Positions 48,740 to 60,246 of a DNA stretch of 64,000 nt are shown piece by piece (within the stretch, counting starts at the first letter, position 1; each line of letters begins with the position of its first letter). Both the position numbers and the translations under genes were made by a program. Source of the stretch: Anthoceros angustus (Eukaryota > Plantae > Anthocerotophyta); contig MU008174.1 in NCBI GenBank assembly GCA_010909165.1, positions 186,001 to 250,000 of the forward strand, read 5' to 3'. A model generated the notes under the pieces. The model searched no databases. It was given only the letters and a program-made list of their open reading frames with translations, and was not told the DNA's origin.

Positions 48740-51700
48740 CCGGAGTGGAGGCGGGCAAGGCGTCGGAGGAGGAGGCAGTCGACAAACCAAGCGGACTCGG
48801 GAGGAGGAGGAGGCGGGAGGGATTCGGACTCCATACGTGGCGGACCCCTCACCACCCAGTATGGGAAGCAATTCCCGCCTCCCTCCTCGGCAAGGCGTCG
48901 GAGGAGGCGGAGGCGGCCCGGCCCAGCGGCCCGCCACGGCTATCACTCGGTGAGGCCCCCGGACCGAGAGGCCGAAGCGCAAGACCACGGCTACCAGCGG
49001 TACCCGGTCGGTGCAGTACCTCTTCCCTGCGGAGTGGCAAGCGGAGGAAGCGATGGGAGGCGAGAAAGGGCCGCCGAGGCGGAGGACAGCGGCGGCCGCA
49101 TCGAGCCGGTCTGTCGCCCGGCAGGAAGGGCAAAAGGCGTGCTCCGGACTCCATCACCTCCGCGAGCCCGGGAGAAAAGAGGCGGAGAAGGGCTCATGAC
49201 CAAAAGGGCCAAGGAGGAAGCTCGGGAGCTCGGCCTCGGGACCTAAGGGTCTGAGTCCGAGAACCGTCCGGACTTGCTCGGCTGCGGTATGGAGGTCCTT
49301 GACCGTGAGATCAGCTCCCATAGCGGACTTTGTGGGAGCCTCACGGCGGCCGTGGAGGAAACAGGCGGGTCACAGCTACCGTCATGGGCGGTATGCTCAC
49401 AGGGTCATGCGGGATGGCGAGAAGGCCCGGAGGTGGAAGCCACCGGGCGCATGGTGCTCCTCCGGGAGGCGGTTGGAGGAGCCAGGAGGCGAGAAGGAGG
49501 AAGCTCTCGGCGGATTGAGGAAGCGATGGGAGGCGGAGGAGAGGAGGTCTGGTCCATCGCAGGGGCCGGACCAAATTCCTTCAGTGGAGGAGGCGGAGGA
49601 GGAGGCCCAAGCAGGCGGAGGAAGCCTTTGGAGGAAGCGATGGGAGGCGGAGAAGGGCTCATGTGGAGGCGGAGGAGGAGGCGGAGGAAGCGATGGGAGG
49701 CGGAGGAAGCGATGGGAGGCGGAGAAGGAAGTGGAGGAGGCGGAGGACAGCGGCGGCCGTCGCGATCACTATCGGCGTGATCGGGCCGGTGGAGGAGGCG
49801 GAGGCGGGCAAGGCGTCGGAGGAGGCGGAGAAGGGCTCATGTGGAGGCGGAGGCTGGAGGCCGGCACCGGAGATTGGGGACCTCGAGTGCAGTGCGAGGT
49901 AGAAGAGGCGGGCGGGCTGGAGGACAACAAGGACACCTTGGGTTGCAACTCCAAGATGCATCAGGCGGCGGGGTTCTCAGAGAATCCAAGACTTGACGAG
50001 AGGTGGAACGCCTCCGGCTCGCAGACGGAGGAGAGCGGCGGTGCAAGGAGTTCGGCGTCGCCGGTTGCGGCGGGGCGTGGCGGAAGCCGAGTCGGACGGG
50101 GATCTCCGCTGGAGAAGGAAGTGGAGGACCTCAGGAGAATAGAAGAAGGAGGAAGCCTTTGGAGGAAAAGTGCTCGTCCGGTTGCGAGGCGAAGGGAGCT
50201 CGGCTCCATGGCCCATAATGGCGGGCTGGAGGACAACAAGGAGGAGGAGGCAGCGGCGAAGGTTGCAAGAGTAGCAGGCGGCCTTGGCGGCCTCAAAGTC
50301 CGCCCGCCTACGGTGGTGAGCTTGGCCACGGAGGCAGGCCCGGCGGCGGGCGGTCTGCTCGATTCTGGAGCACCTTTGGAGGAGAGTCTGGGTGCTCGGG
50401 CTCATGTGGAGGAGGCGATTCGGCAAGTCGATTCCGACTTCGCCTACTACCAGAGCTCCTCAAGGCTCTGGAGGTCTGCGCCACCCTAGGCGGGAGGTGG
50501 ACTTCGGAAGGACGGAAGGAGGCGAGGGAGGGCGGACCGGGGCACTGGCAGGAGTCCTAGGGCTGTTTGGCAGCAGCGGCGGCGAAGGAGGCGGAGGAGG
50601 AGGAGGAAGGCCGGACCCGGAGGAAGCCTTTGGAGGAGAGCGGCGGCGGAGGCGGAGGCTGGAGGTCTGCGCCACCCTAGGCGGAGGAGGAAGGCCGGAC
50701 CAAATTCCTTCAGTGGAGGAGGCGGAGGAGGCAGGAGGAGGCGGAGGCGGAGGACCTCTGCGAGGCGGAGGCGGAGGCGGAGGAAGCGATGGGAGGCGGA
50801 GGCGGAGGAGGCGGAGGACAGCGGCGGCCGTGGACGAGCCAAGGGAGGCTCGGTGAAGGTGGCCAGGAGGCGGAGGACAGCGGCGGCCGTCGCGATCACT
50901 ATCGGCGTGATCGGGCCGGTGGAGGAGGCGGAGGAGAGCGGCGGCGAAGGAGGCGAGAAGGAAGTGGAGGAGGCGGAGGCTGGAGGCGGAGGAGGCAGGA
51001 GATTGGGGACCTCGAGTGCAGTGCGGGAGAGTAGAAGAGGCGGCGGGGAGGCTGGAGGACAACAAGGACACCTTGGGTTGCAACTCCAAGATGCATCAGG
51101 CGGCGGGGTTCTCAGAGAATCCAAGACTTGACGAGAGGTGGAACGCCTCCCGGCTCCGCTTGAAGGAGGAAGCAGTGCAAGGAGTTCGGCGTCGCGAGTT
51201 CTGGCGGGGCGTGGCGGAAGCCGGGAGGCGGAGAAGGAGGAAGCCTTTGGAGAAGGAAGTGGAGGACCTCAGGAGAGAATAGAAGAAGGAGGAAGCCTTT
51301 GGAGGAAAAGTGCTCGTCCGGTTGCGAGGAAGCGAAGGGAGCTCGGCTCCATGGCCCATAAGCGGCGGAGGCTGGAGGACAACAAGGAGGAGGAGAGCGG
51401 CGGCGGCGAAGGTTGCAAGAGTAGCAGGCGGCCTTGGCGGCCTCAAGGGTCCGCCCGCCTACGGTGGTGAGCTTGGCCACGGAGGCAGGCCCGGCGGGGC
51501 GATCTGCTCGATTCTGGAGCACCTTTGGAGGAGTGCTGGGTGCTCGGGCTCATGTGGAGGCGATTCGGCAAGTCGATTCCGACTTCGCCTGAGCTCCTCA
51601 AGGCTGGAGGTCTGCGCCACCCTAGGCGGGAGGTGGACTTCGGAAGGACGGAAGGAGGCGAGGAGGAGGAGGCGGACCGGGGCAACTGGCCGGAGTCCTA

Positions 51701-54700
51701 GGGCTGTTTGGCAGCGGCGAAGGAGGCAGGAGGAGGAGGAGGAAGGGCGCCACAGGAGGTAAGCCCTCGGCACCCTCGCATGGAAGGACGAGGAGGATCT
51801 TGAAGGGAAAGGGTGCAACGGGCATTCGGGAACCAAGGGAGGCTCGGTGGATGAACCCGTGGCTAGCCGTGAGGAGGCAGGAGGAGGCGGACCGGGAGAT
51901 TGGGGACCTCGAGTGCAGTGCGGGAGAGTAGAAGAGGCGGAGGCTGGAGGACAACAAGGACACCTTGGGTTGCAACTCCAAGATGCATCAGGCGGCGGGG
52001 TTCTCAGAGAATCCAAGACTTGACGAGAGGTGGAACGCCTCCAGCTCCGCTTGAAGGAGGAGGAGAGGCGGCGGTGCAAGGAGTTCGGCGTCGCAAGGTT
52101 GCGGCGGGGCGTGGCGGAAGCCGAGTCGGACGGGGATAAGCGCTGGAGAAGGAAGTGGAGGACCTCAGGAGAATAGAAGAAGGAGGCGGAGGAGGAAGCC
52201 TTTGGAGGAGAGGCTACGATTGCTCGTCCGGTTGCGAGGCGAAGGGAGCTCGGCTCCATGGCCCATAAGCGGCGGGCTGGAACAGCAGCGGAGGAGGAGA
52301 GCGTCGGCGGCGAAGGTTGCAAGGCGGCCTTGGCGGCCTCAAGAGTCCGCCCGCCTACGGTGGTGAGCTTGGCCACGGAGGCAGGCCCGGCGGGGCGATC
52401 TGCTCGATTCTGGAGCACCTTTGGAGGAGTGCAGGTGCTCGGGCTCATGTGGAGGCGATTCGGCAAGTCGATTCCGACTTACCTGCGAGCTCCTCAAGGC
52501 TCTGGAGGTCTGCGCCACCCTAGGCGGGAGGTGGACTTCGGAAGGACGGAAGGAGGCGAGAGGAGGAGGCGGACCGGGGCAGCACCACAGGAGTCCTAGG
52601 GCTGTTTGGCAGCAGCGGCGAAGGAGGCGGCGGAGGCAGGAGGAGGAAGGGTCGCCACAGGAGGTAAGCCCTCGGCACCCTCGCATGGAAGGAAGAGGGA
52701 GGATCTTGAAGGAGGAAGGGAAAGGGTGCAACGGGCATTCGGGAACCAAGGGAGGCTCGGTGGATGAACCCGTGGCTAGCCGTGAGGAGGCATGCCGAGG
52801 CACGAGGTCGGACTTTGTCCGGACTCCGGCGGATCCAGTCCGGCCCCAGAAATCTGGACTTAGGGATCCGGACTCTAGTAGTCCGGACCCGAGGTCCGGA
52901 CCCGAGGAAGGTTGGGTCAGGCCGGACCCAGGCGATCCGGTCCCAGGGCCGGACTCGGCGGCGGGCCGGACCCGGAGGAAGGCCGGACCTAGAGGTCCGG
53001 ACTCGGTCGAGACAGTCTGAGGTCCAAACTCGGGAGTGGGGAGAGCCACATCCCAATGAGATCCACCCTTGGAGGCCGGACCCGGAGGAAGGCCGGACCC
53101 GGAGGAAGCGATGGGAGGCGAGGAGGACTTGGTGGTGACCGCCGTTGTCGAGGCCGCCGGTGGCGCGGCAGACCCTCGGGAAGAGGAAGGGTCGCCTCGC
53201 GGATCATCCGATTGGGTCGAGGCGGGGAGCTCGGCCTCGGGACCTAAGGGTCACGGTCGGAGAACCCGGTCCGGACTTGCTCGGCTGCGGTATGGAGGTC
53301 CTTGACGGACCGTGAGATGCGGCTCAAGCGGACTTTGTGGGAGCCTCACGGCGGCCGTGGAGGAAACATGGCGGGTCACAGCTACCGTCATGGGCGGTAT
53401 GCTCTAGATGCATGCGGGATGGCCGAGAAGGCCCGGAGGTGGAAGCCACCGGGCGCATGGTGCTCCTCCGGGAGGCGGAGGAGGCGGCCAGGAGGCGAGA
53501 AGGAAGGCCGGACCCGGAGGAAGCCTTTGGAGGAAGCCGGGAGGCGAGAGGAGGTTTGGTCCATCCGCAAGGACGGACCAAATTCCTTCAGTGGAGGAGG
53601 CAGGAGGAGGCAGCCAAGGAGGCCCAAGCAGGCGGAGGACAGCGGCGGCGAAGGAGGCGGAGGAGGCGGGAGGTGGACTTCGGAAGGACGGAAGGAGGCG
53701 GAGGACAGCGGCGGCCGTGGACGAGCCAAGGCTGGAGGCTCGGTGAAGGTGGGAGGCGGAGGAGGCAGGCCCGGCCGATCGCGATCACTATCGGCGTGAT
53801 CGGGCCGGTGGAGAGGCGGCCGAGAGGCCGGCCAATCGAAGGCCGGACCTAGAGGTCCGGACCCGGAGGAAGCTCGGGCTCATGTGGAGGAGGCGGAGGA
53901 CCTCAGGAGAGATTGGGGACCTCGAGTGCAGTGCAGGAGGTAGAAGAGGCGGCGGAGGCTGGAGGACAACAAGGACACCTTGGGTTGCAACTCCAAGATG
54001 CATCAGGCGGCGGGGTTCTCAGAGAATCCAAGACTTGACGAGAGGTGGAACGCCTCAGCTCCGCTTGAAGGCCGGAGGAGAGCGGCGGCGGTGCAAGGAG
54101 TTCGGCGTCGCGTTGCGGCGGGGCGTGGCGGAAGCCGAGTCGGACGGGGATACCGGCCGCTGGAGAAGGAAGTGGAGGACCTCAGGAGAATAGAAGAAGG
54201 AGGAAGCCTTTGGAGGAAAAGGTACTGCTCGTCCGGTTGCGAGGCGGAGGAAGCGAAGGGAGCTCGGCTCCATGGCCCATAAGCGGCGGCGAAGGAGGCG
54301 GAGGACAACAAGGAGGAGGAGGCGGCGGCGAAGGTTGCAAGAGGTAGAAGAGGCGGAGGAGGCAGCCTTGGCGGCCTCAAGAGTCCGCCCGCCTACGGTG
54401 GTGAGCTTGGCCACGGAGGCAGGCCCGGCGGCGGGGCGATCTGCTCGATTCTGGAGCACCTTTGGAGGAGAGGTGCTCGGGCTCATGTGGAGGCGGTCGG
54501 CAAGTCGATTCCGACTTCGCCTACCGCAGAGCTCCTCAAGGCTCTGGAGGTCTGCGCCACCCTAGGCGGGAGGTGGACTTCGGAAGGACGGAAGGAGGAG
54601 GAGGAGGAGGAGGCGGACCGGGAGACAACTGGCGGGGAGTCCTAGGGCTGTTTGGCAGCAGCGGCGAAGGAGGCGGAGGAGGCGGAGGAAGGGCGCCACA

Positions 54701-55330
54701 GGAGGTAAGCCCTCGGCACCCTCGCATGGAAGGACGAGGAGGATCTTGAAGGAGGAGGAGGATCTTGAAAGGGTGCAACGGGCATTCGGGAACCAAGGGA
54801 GGCTCGGTGGATGAACCCGTGGCTAGCCGGCGAGGCATGCCGAGGCACGAGGTCGGACTTTGTCCGGACTCCAGAAAGGCGGACCGGTCCGCCCCGGAAA
54901 TCTGGACTTAGGGATCCGGACTCTAGTGGGTCCAGGCCGAGGTCCGGACCCGAGGAAGGTTGGGTCAGGCCGGACCCGGAGGAAGGCCGGACCCGGAGGA
55001 AGGCCGGACCCGGAGGCGGAGGCGGACCCGGAGGAAGGCCGGACCTAGAGGTCCGGACTCGGTCGAGACAGTCTGAGGTCCAAACTCGGGAGTGGGGAGA
55101 GCCATCGTCCACCACTGATCCAACCCTTGGAGGCCGGACCTAGAGGTCCGGACCCGAGGAAGGGGCGAGGAGGACTTGGTGGTGACCGCCGTTGTCGAGG
55201 CCGCCGGTGGCGCGGCAGCAGACCCTCGGGAAGAGGAAGGGTCCGCCTCGCGGATCATCCGATTGGGTGCGCGCCGGCGGCAGGGCTCGGCTTTGGGCCG
55301 CCGGTGCCAAGAAGGAATGAGGGGCCATCC
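48740..55330 (+). CDS. Outer-LTR ORF continuation: low-complexity E/G/A/R-rich region with internally repeated modules (frameshifted)
   Basis: Continues after the CCCTC TSD; GGA/GGC-rich. Module LEDNKDTLGCNSKMHQAAGFSENPRLDERWNA appears four times (~49920, 51055, 51945, 53960). The true length cannot be determined. Confidence 0.4.
54969..55045 (+). repeat. 17-bp minisatellite GGCCGGACCCGGAGGAA
   Basis: Three to four adjacent copies; also scattered near 52965, 53075-53105, 53510 and 55630-55695. Confidence 0.65.
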
Positions 55331-55438
55331 CGGCCCACCACACGGCGATAGGTGGAATAAGCGGGTAGTAGGCGGTGGTTAGGGTACCACAGTGGCCCTC
55401 GGGAATAGAGGTGTAATAAAGGCGCCGACCTTGGCGTA

Positions 55439-55449
55439 GTATAAGAGGG
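55439..55449 (+). promoter_or_regulatory. Outer-element TATA-like motif GTATAAGAGGG
   Basis: 11-nt identity with the inner LTR motif; ~590 nt from the element end; AATAAA at 55415-55420. Confidence 0.5.
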
Positions 55450-57080
55450 CTAAGGCATACAGATAAATCATCTTTCTCTTGGTGTTGATGCGCGTTCTTG
55501 CGGACCTTTGTGTGTCTTCTTGCTAACGTGAGTCTGAGTCAGGCGAGGCACGGCTCGGGAGATTGATCAAGGTCACGGTGGCGGACCTAACGCGTTGTGG
55601 TGTGTGCGGGGAAGGGTGGCGGTGACCCGTGCTCGTCGGAGCAGCGGAGGAAGGCCGGACCCGAGGAAGGTTGGGTCAGGCCGGACCCGGAGGAACTCGG
55701 GAGGCGTCTGAGCCGGACGGAGGCCGGAGCAGCGGAGCAGCGGAGGAGGTCGGGGCATGTAACCAGCGTCTTTTCTAAGGCGAGAGTGTAGCGTGAGGGG
55801 AGAGGAAAGGCGGATGTGAGGGACGGATGTGAGCGATCTTGACAGGTCCTTAAGCGTTTAGCCATCTGGGCTGTCACGGTGAAACGTTGTGAGTAGTTAG
55901 GAGTATGTGTGTGTTGAGCGAGCAGGCGCTAAGGGCGGTAGGAATCACAAGCAGTGGAGCCTATCATTCCCTTAGGGCGGACTTCTTCCTACAACGACCT
56001 TGCAGGATTGTGGCGCGGCCATCGTGAGTCGCGCCACAGCCATGACAAGAATGGAGGAGCAATGGAAGATGATGAAATGAGAATGGCTCAAAAGGAAATA
56101 GCTCAATGCTTTGTCTTTGGTAGGTGTCCACATATATACCTTTTGATTCACTCTTATCTCGATATCTCAAGTGTTAAAAATCGAAGGAAATGTTCACTAA
56201 TGACATTAGAAATATCATATTAAACTTGTGTGAGAAGAGTTTTCAAGGTTCTTGCAATTACTTATTTAATGCAACTAAAAGATATTACTATGCAAAATAT
56301 ATCCTAGTGAAAGCGAACATTAAGAAGTACTAGAGGTAGTACGCTGGGCAATCTACCATGGCCATGACAAGAGGAACAGGACAAGTACAAGTCACTTATT
56401 GATCAAATGATCAAGCGCCAAGTCGGGCCCTACCTTGTTTTCCGGTCCACCTCCACTCTCGGATGCATGCGCGATTAGCCTCCTCTACATGTATTTCGTG
56501 CGGTACCTTCACAGCTTCGGCAATATAACAAAGGCTTCCGGTATGAGCTCCCCTTATGTCATAGTACACTCTTCCATTCGTTGAGCTTTCCAGCAGCTCT
56601 TATGCGTTCGACACAATATATGCGGTCCTCACCTACATCTCGTAAGTCATTGAAGCCAATCAGCCTTTTACAGCCCACTCAACCAAGATGCTTTGGGGAT
56701 CTCCTGTTGCAATTCTCGGCTGCTGAGAGAGGCTCACACCATCTCTTGTAAGAGAGCCTCAGCTTTTCTCAAGGCTGCATTTGGTGCTTAGTTCCAGTTT
56801 AAAATTGTGTGGGGAAGGAGATCTCGAGCGATCCTTTGGTGCACAATGCGCGAGAGAAAAATCCATTGATAGGCGGGGATCCCACGGCCAGCTGTGAGTA
56901 CACTGACACGGAACATAAACGAAAGAGACGATTGCCACAGATGCATTCGCAGCTATTTATTACTTATAATGATAATGATGGAATGTTTACACAAATCATT
57001 AACCTTAGCATTAAAAATAATGCAAGGATAAAATCAATTGAAATATACCTCCATCATAAAAGAAGAAACTTCGCTAGTGT

Positions 57081-57371
57081 CTAGCAATGCGAATTCGGAG
57101 GAAATGGACAATGCTCGATGTAGTTCAATATAATGGGCGGTGCAATGCAGTCCTCCATCGCCTTGCACATGCAACTCACTCCACCGCCACAACAACGTTG
57201 CAACAATTCCGAGGGGACGGATGGCCACTTTCCATCGCTTCCCTCACATTGGGAATCTATGTATGCTTCATCGCAACTTGTCACAACTCTTGCTCTTGCT
57301 CCAAGGACCAGACAAGAGTCACCATCAAGAAAGTCAACTTCAGCGTATCATGGACATCTTCACATGACCAT
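57081..57371 (-). CDS. nsLTP-like 8CM protein, copy 3 (frameshifted as given)
   Basis: ORF-track fragment ..SCDEAYIDSQC..GVSCMCKAMED..IILNYIEHCPFPPNSHC*; signal-peptide part in another frame. Confidence 0.72.
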
Positions 57372-58428
57372 GACAAGAATGGAGGAGCAATGGAAGATGA
57401 TGAAATGAGAATGGCAGCTCAAAAGGAAATAGCTCAATGCTTTGTCTTTGGTAGGTGTCCACATATATACCTTTTGATTCACTCTTATCTCGATATCTCA
57501 AGTGTTAAAAATCAAGGAAATGTTCACTAATGACATTAGAAATATCATATTAAACTTGTGTGAGAAGAGTTTTCAAGGTTCTTGCAATTACTTATTTAAT
57601 GCAACTAAAAGATATTACTATGCAAAATATATCCTAGTGAAATAGCGAACATTAAGAAGTACTAGAGGTAGTACACGCTGGGCAATCTACCATGGCCATG
57701 ACAAGAGGAACAGGACAAGTACAAGTCACTTATTGATCAAATGATCAAGCGCAAGTCGGGCCCTACCTTGTTTTCCAGTCCACCTCCACTCGGATGCATG
57801 CGCGATTAGCCTCCTCTACATGTATTTCGTGCAAGACCTTCACAGCTTCCGGCAATATAACAAAGGCTTCCAGCTGTATGAGCTCCCCTTATGTCATAGT
57901 ACACTCTTCCATTCGCTGAGCTTTCCAGCAGCTCTTATGCGTTCCTGACACAATATGTGCGGTCCTCACCTACATCTCGTAAGTCATTCAAGCCAATCAG
58001 CCTTTTTACAGCCCACTCAACCAAGATGCTTTGGGGATCTCCTGTTGCAATTCCGCTCGGCTTTGTCTTTGAGAGAGGCTCCGCACACCATCTGTCTTGT
58101 AAGAGAGCCTCAGCTTTTCTCAAGGCATTTGGTGCTTAGTTCCAGTTTAAAATTGTGTGGGAAGGAGATCTCGAGCGATCCTTTGGTGCACAATGCGCGA
58201 GAAAAAATCCATTGATAGAGCGGGGATCCCACCGCCACCGTGAGTACACGCGACACGGAACATAAACGAAAGAGACGATTGCCACCGAATGCATTCGCAG
58301 CTATTTATTACTTATAATGATAATGATGGAATGTTTACACAAATCATTAACCTTAGCATTAAAAATAATGCAAGGATAAAATCAATTGAAATATACCTCC
58401 ATCATAAAAGAAGAAACTTCGCTAGTGT

Positions 58429-58724
58429 CTAGCAATGCGAATTCGGAGGAAATGGACAATGCTCGATGTAGTTCAATATAATGGGCGGTGCAATACCCGA
58501 GTCCTCCATCGCCTTGCACATGCAACTCACTCCACCGCCACAACAACGTTGCAACAATTCCGAGGGGACGGATGGCCACTTTCCATCGCTTCCCTCACAT
58601 TGGGAATCTATGTATGCTTCATCGCATCTTGTCACAACTCTTGCTCTTGCTCCAAGGACCAGACAAGAGTCACCATCAAGAAAGTCAACTTCAGGCGTAT
58701 CATGGACATCTTCACAACAGCCAT
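58429..58724 (-). CDS. nsLTP-like 8CM protein, copy 4 (frameshifted as given)
   Basis: MAVVKMSMIRLKLTFLMVTLV in one frame and LVLGARARVVTRCDEAYIDSQC..CMCKAMEDSGIAPPIILNYIEHCPFPPNSHC* in another. Confidence 0.75.
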
Positions 58725-59765
58725 GACAAGAATGGAGGAGCAATGGAAGATGATGAAATGAGAATGGCAGCTCAAAAGGAAATAGCTCAATGCTTTGTAC
58801 TGGTAGTTGTCCACATATATGCCTTTTGATTCACTCTTATCTCGATATCTCAAGTGTTAAAAATCGAAGGGAAATGTTCACTAATGACATTAGAAATATC
58901 ATATTAAACTTGTATGAGAAGAGTTTTCAAGGTTCTTGCAATTACTTATTTAATGCAACTAAAAGATATTACTATGCAAAATATATCCTAGTGAAGCCAA
59001 GCGAACATTAAGAAGTACTAGAGGTAGTACACGCTGGGCAATCTACCATGGCCATGACAAGAGGAGCAGGACAAGTACAAGTCACTTATTGATCAAATGA
59101 TCAAGCGCAAGTCGGGCCCTACCTTGTTTTCCAGTCCACCTCCACTCTCGGATGCATGCGCGATTAGCCTCCTCTACATGTATTTCTGCGGTACCTTCAC
59201 AGCTTCCGGCAATATAACAAAGGCTTCCAGTGTATGAGCTCCCCTTATGTCATAGTACACTCTTCCATTCGTTGAGCTTTCCAGCTCTTATGCTCGTTCG
59301 ACACAATATGTGCGGTCCTCACCTACATCTCGTAAGTCATTGAGCCAATCACCTTTTTACAGCCCACTCAACCAAGATGCTTTGGGGATCTCCTGTTCTC
59401 GCTCGGTTTGGCCGGAGAGAGGCTCCGCACACCATCCTCTTGTAAGAGAGCCTCGGCTTTTCTCAAGGCATTTGGTGCTTAGTTCAGCTTTAAAATTGTG
59501 TGGGGAAGGAGATCTCGGCGATCCTTTGGTGCACAATGCGAGAGAAAAATCCATTGATAGAGCGGGGATCCCACCGCCATGTGAGTACACGCACGACACG
59601 GAACATAAACGAAAGAGACGATTGCCACCGAATGCATTCGCAGCTATTTATTACTTATAATGATAATGATGGAATGTTTACACAAATCATTAACCTTAGC
59701 ATTAAAAACAATGCAAGGATAAAATCAATTGAAATATACCTCCATCATAAAAAGAAGAAACTTCG

Positions 59766-60053
59766 CTAGTGTCTAGCAATGCAATTCGGAGGAAATGGAC
59801 AATGCTCGATGTAGTTCAATATAATGGGCGGTGCAATACCCGAGTCCTCCATCGCCTTGCACATGCAACTCACTCCAGCTGCCACAACAACGTTGCAACA
59901 ATTCCGAGGGGACGGATGGCCACTTTCCATCGCTTCCTCACATTGGGAATCTATGTATGCTTCATCGCAACTTGTCACAACTCTTGCTCTTGCTCCAAGG
60001 ACCAGCACAAGAGTCACCATCAAGAAAGTCAACTTCAGGCGTATCATGGACAT
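59766..60053 (-). CDS. nsLTP-like 8CM protein, copy 5 (open 95-aa frame from Met6)
   Basis: MSMIRLKLTFLMVTLVLVLGARA (signal-peptide-like) + C-X8-C-X13-CC-X9-CxC-X19-C-X5-C. This is the canonical 8CM of the nsLTP/prolamin superfamily with type-II-like spacing. Confidence 0.85.
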   Translation of the reverse strand: MSMIRLKLTFLMVTLVLVLGARARVVTSCDEAYIDSQCEEAMESGHPSPRNCCNVVVAAGVSCMCKAMEDSGIAPPIILNYIEHCPFPPNCIARH

Positions 60054-60157
60054 TTCACAACAGCCATGACAAGAATGGAGGAGCAATGGAAGATGATGAA
60101 ATGAGAATGGCAGCTCAAAAGGAAATAGCTCAATGCTTTGTGCTTGTAGGTGTCCAC

Positions 60158-60164
60158 ATATATA
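60158..60164 (-). promoter_or_regulatory. TATA box of nsLTP-like gene (equivalent in every unit)
   Basis: TATATAT on the minus strand ~90 nt upstream of the ATG; AATAAA occurs ~130 nt after the stop in each unit. Confidence 0.6.
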
Positions 60165-60198
60165 CCTTTTGATCCACTCTTTATCTCGATATCTCGGG

Positions 60199-60246
60199 TG
60201 GTGGGTTTCGATACCAACGGAGCATAGATGGTATCGAGACCCACCA
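60199..60246. other. 18-bp inverted repeat (hairpin, 12-nt loop) at the array boundary
   Basis: TGGTGGGTTTCGATACCA ... TGGTATCGAGACCCACCA; one mismatch (a G-T pair on this strand). Confidence 0.8.

Larger units (their letters stand above)
6069..56038 (+). mobile_element. Outer element: probable solo LTR of a second tRNA-Asp-type Ty3/gypsy family, interrupted by the inner element (own sequence 6069-7689 + 47968-56038)
   Basis: Starts TGTTGTGG, ends GCGCCACA. Shares GTATAAGAGGG (55439-55449) and CCTACAACGAC plus a terminal hairpin (55988-56038) with the inner LTR. No gag/pol seen. TSD not cleanly resolvable. Confidence 0.65.
56039..60195. repeat. ~1.35-kb tandem gene array, right arm (rest of unit 2 = 56039-56427; units 3-5 start at 56428, 57761, 59117; unit 5 ends at 60195)
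   Basis: Resumes at (A)GCCATGACAAGAATGG, essentially where unit 2 was interrupted at 6068; periods of 1333 and 1356 bp. Confidence 0.92.

Noticed and set aside
54969-55045. CRISPR-like repeat array
   Set aside because: Adjacent 17-bp units without unique spacers, no cas genes, eukaryotic TE context.
49300-55260. Many long Pro/Ser/Leu-rich minus-strand ORFs
   Set aside because: Reverse complements of GGA/GGC low-complexity DNA that lacks stop codons; no domain signal.
56009-56038. Helitron 3' end suggested by the terminal hairpin
   Set aside because: No CTRR terminus or 5' TC; the element has TG...CA ends and shares LTR motifs with the inner element.
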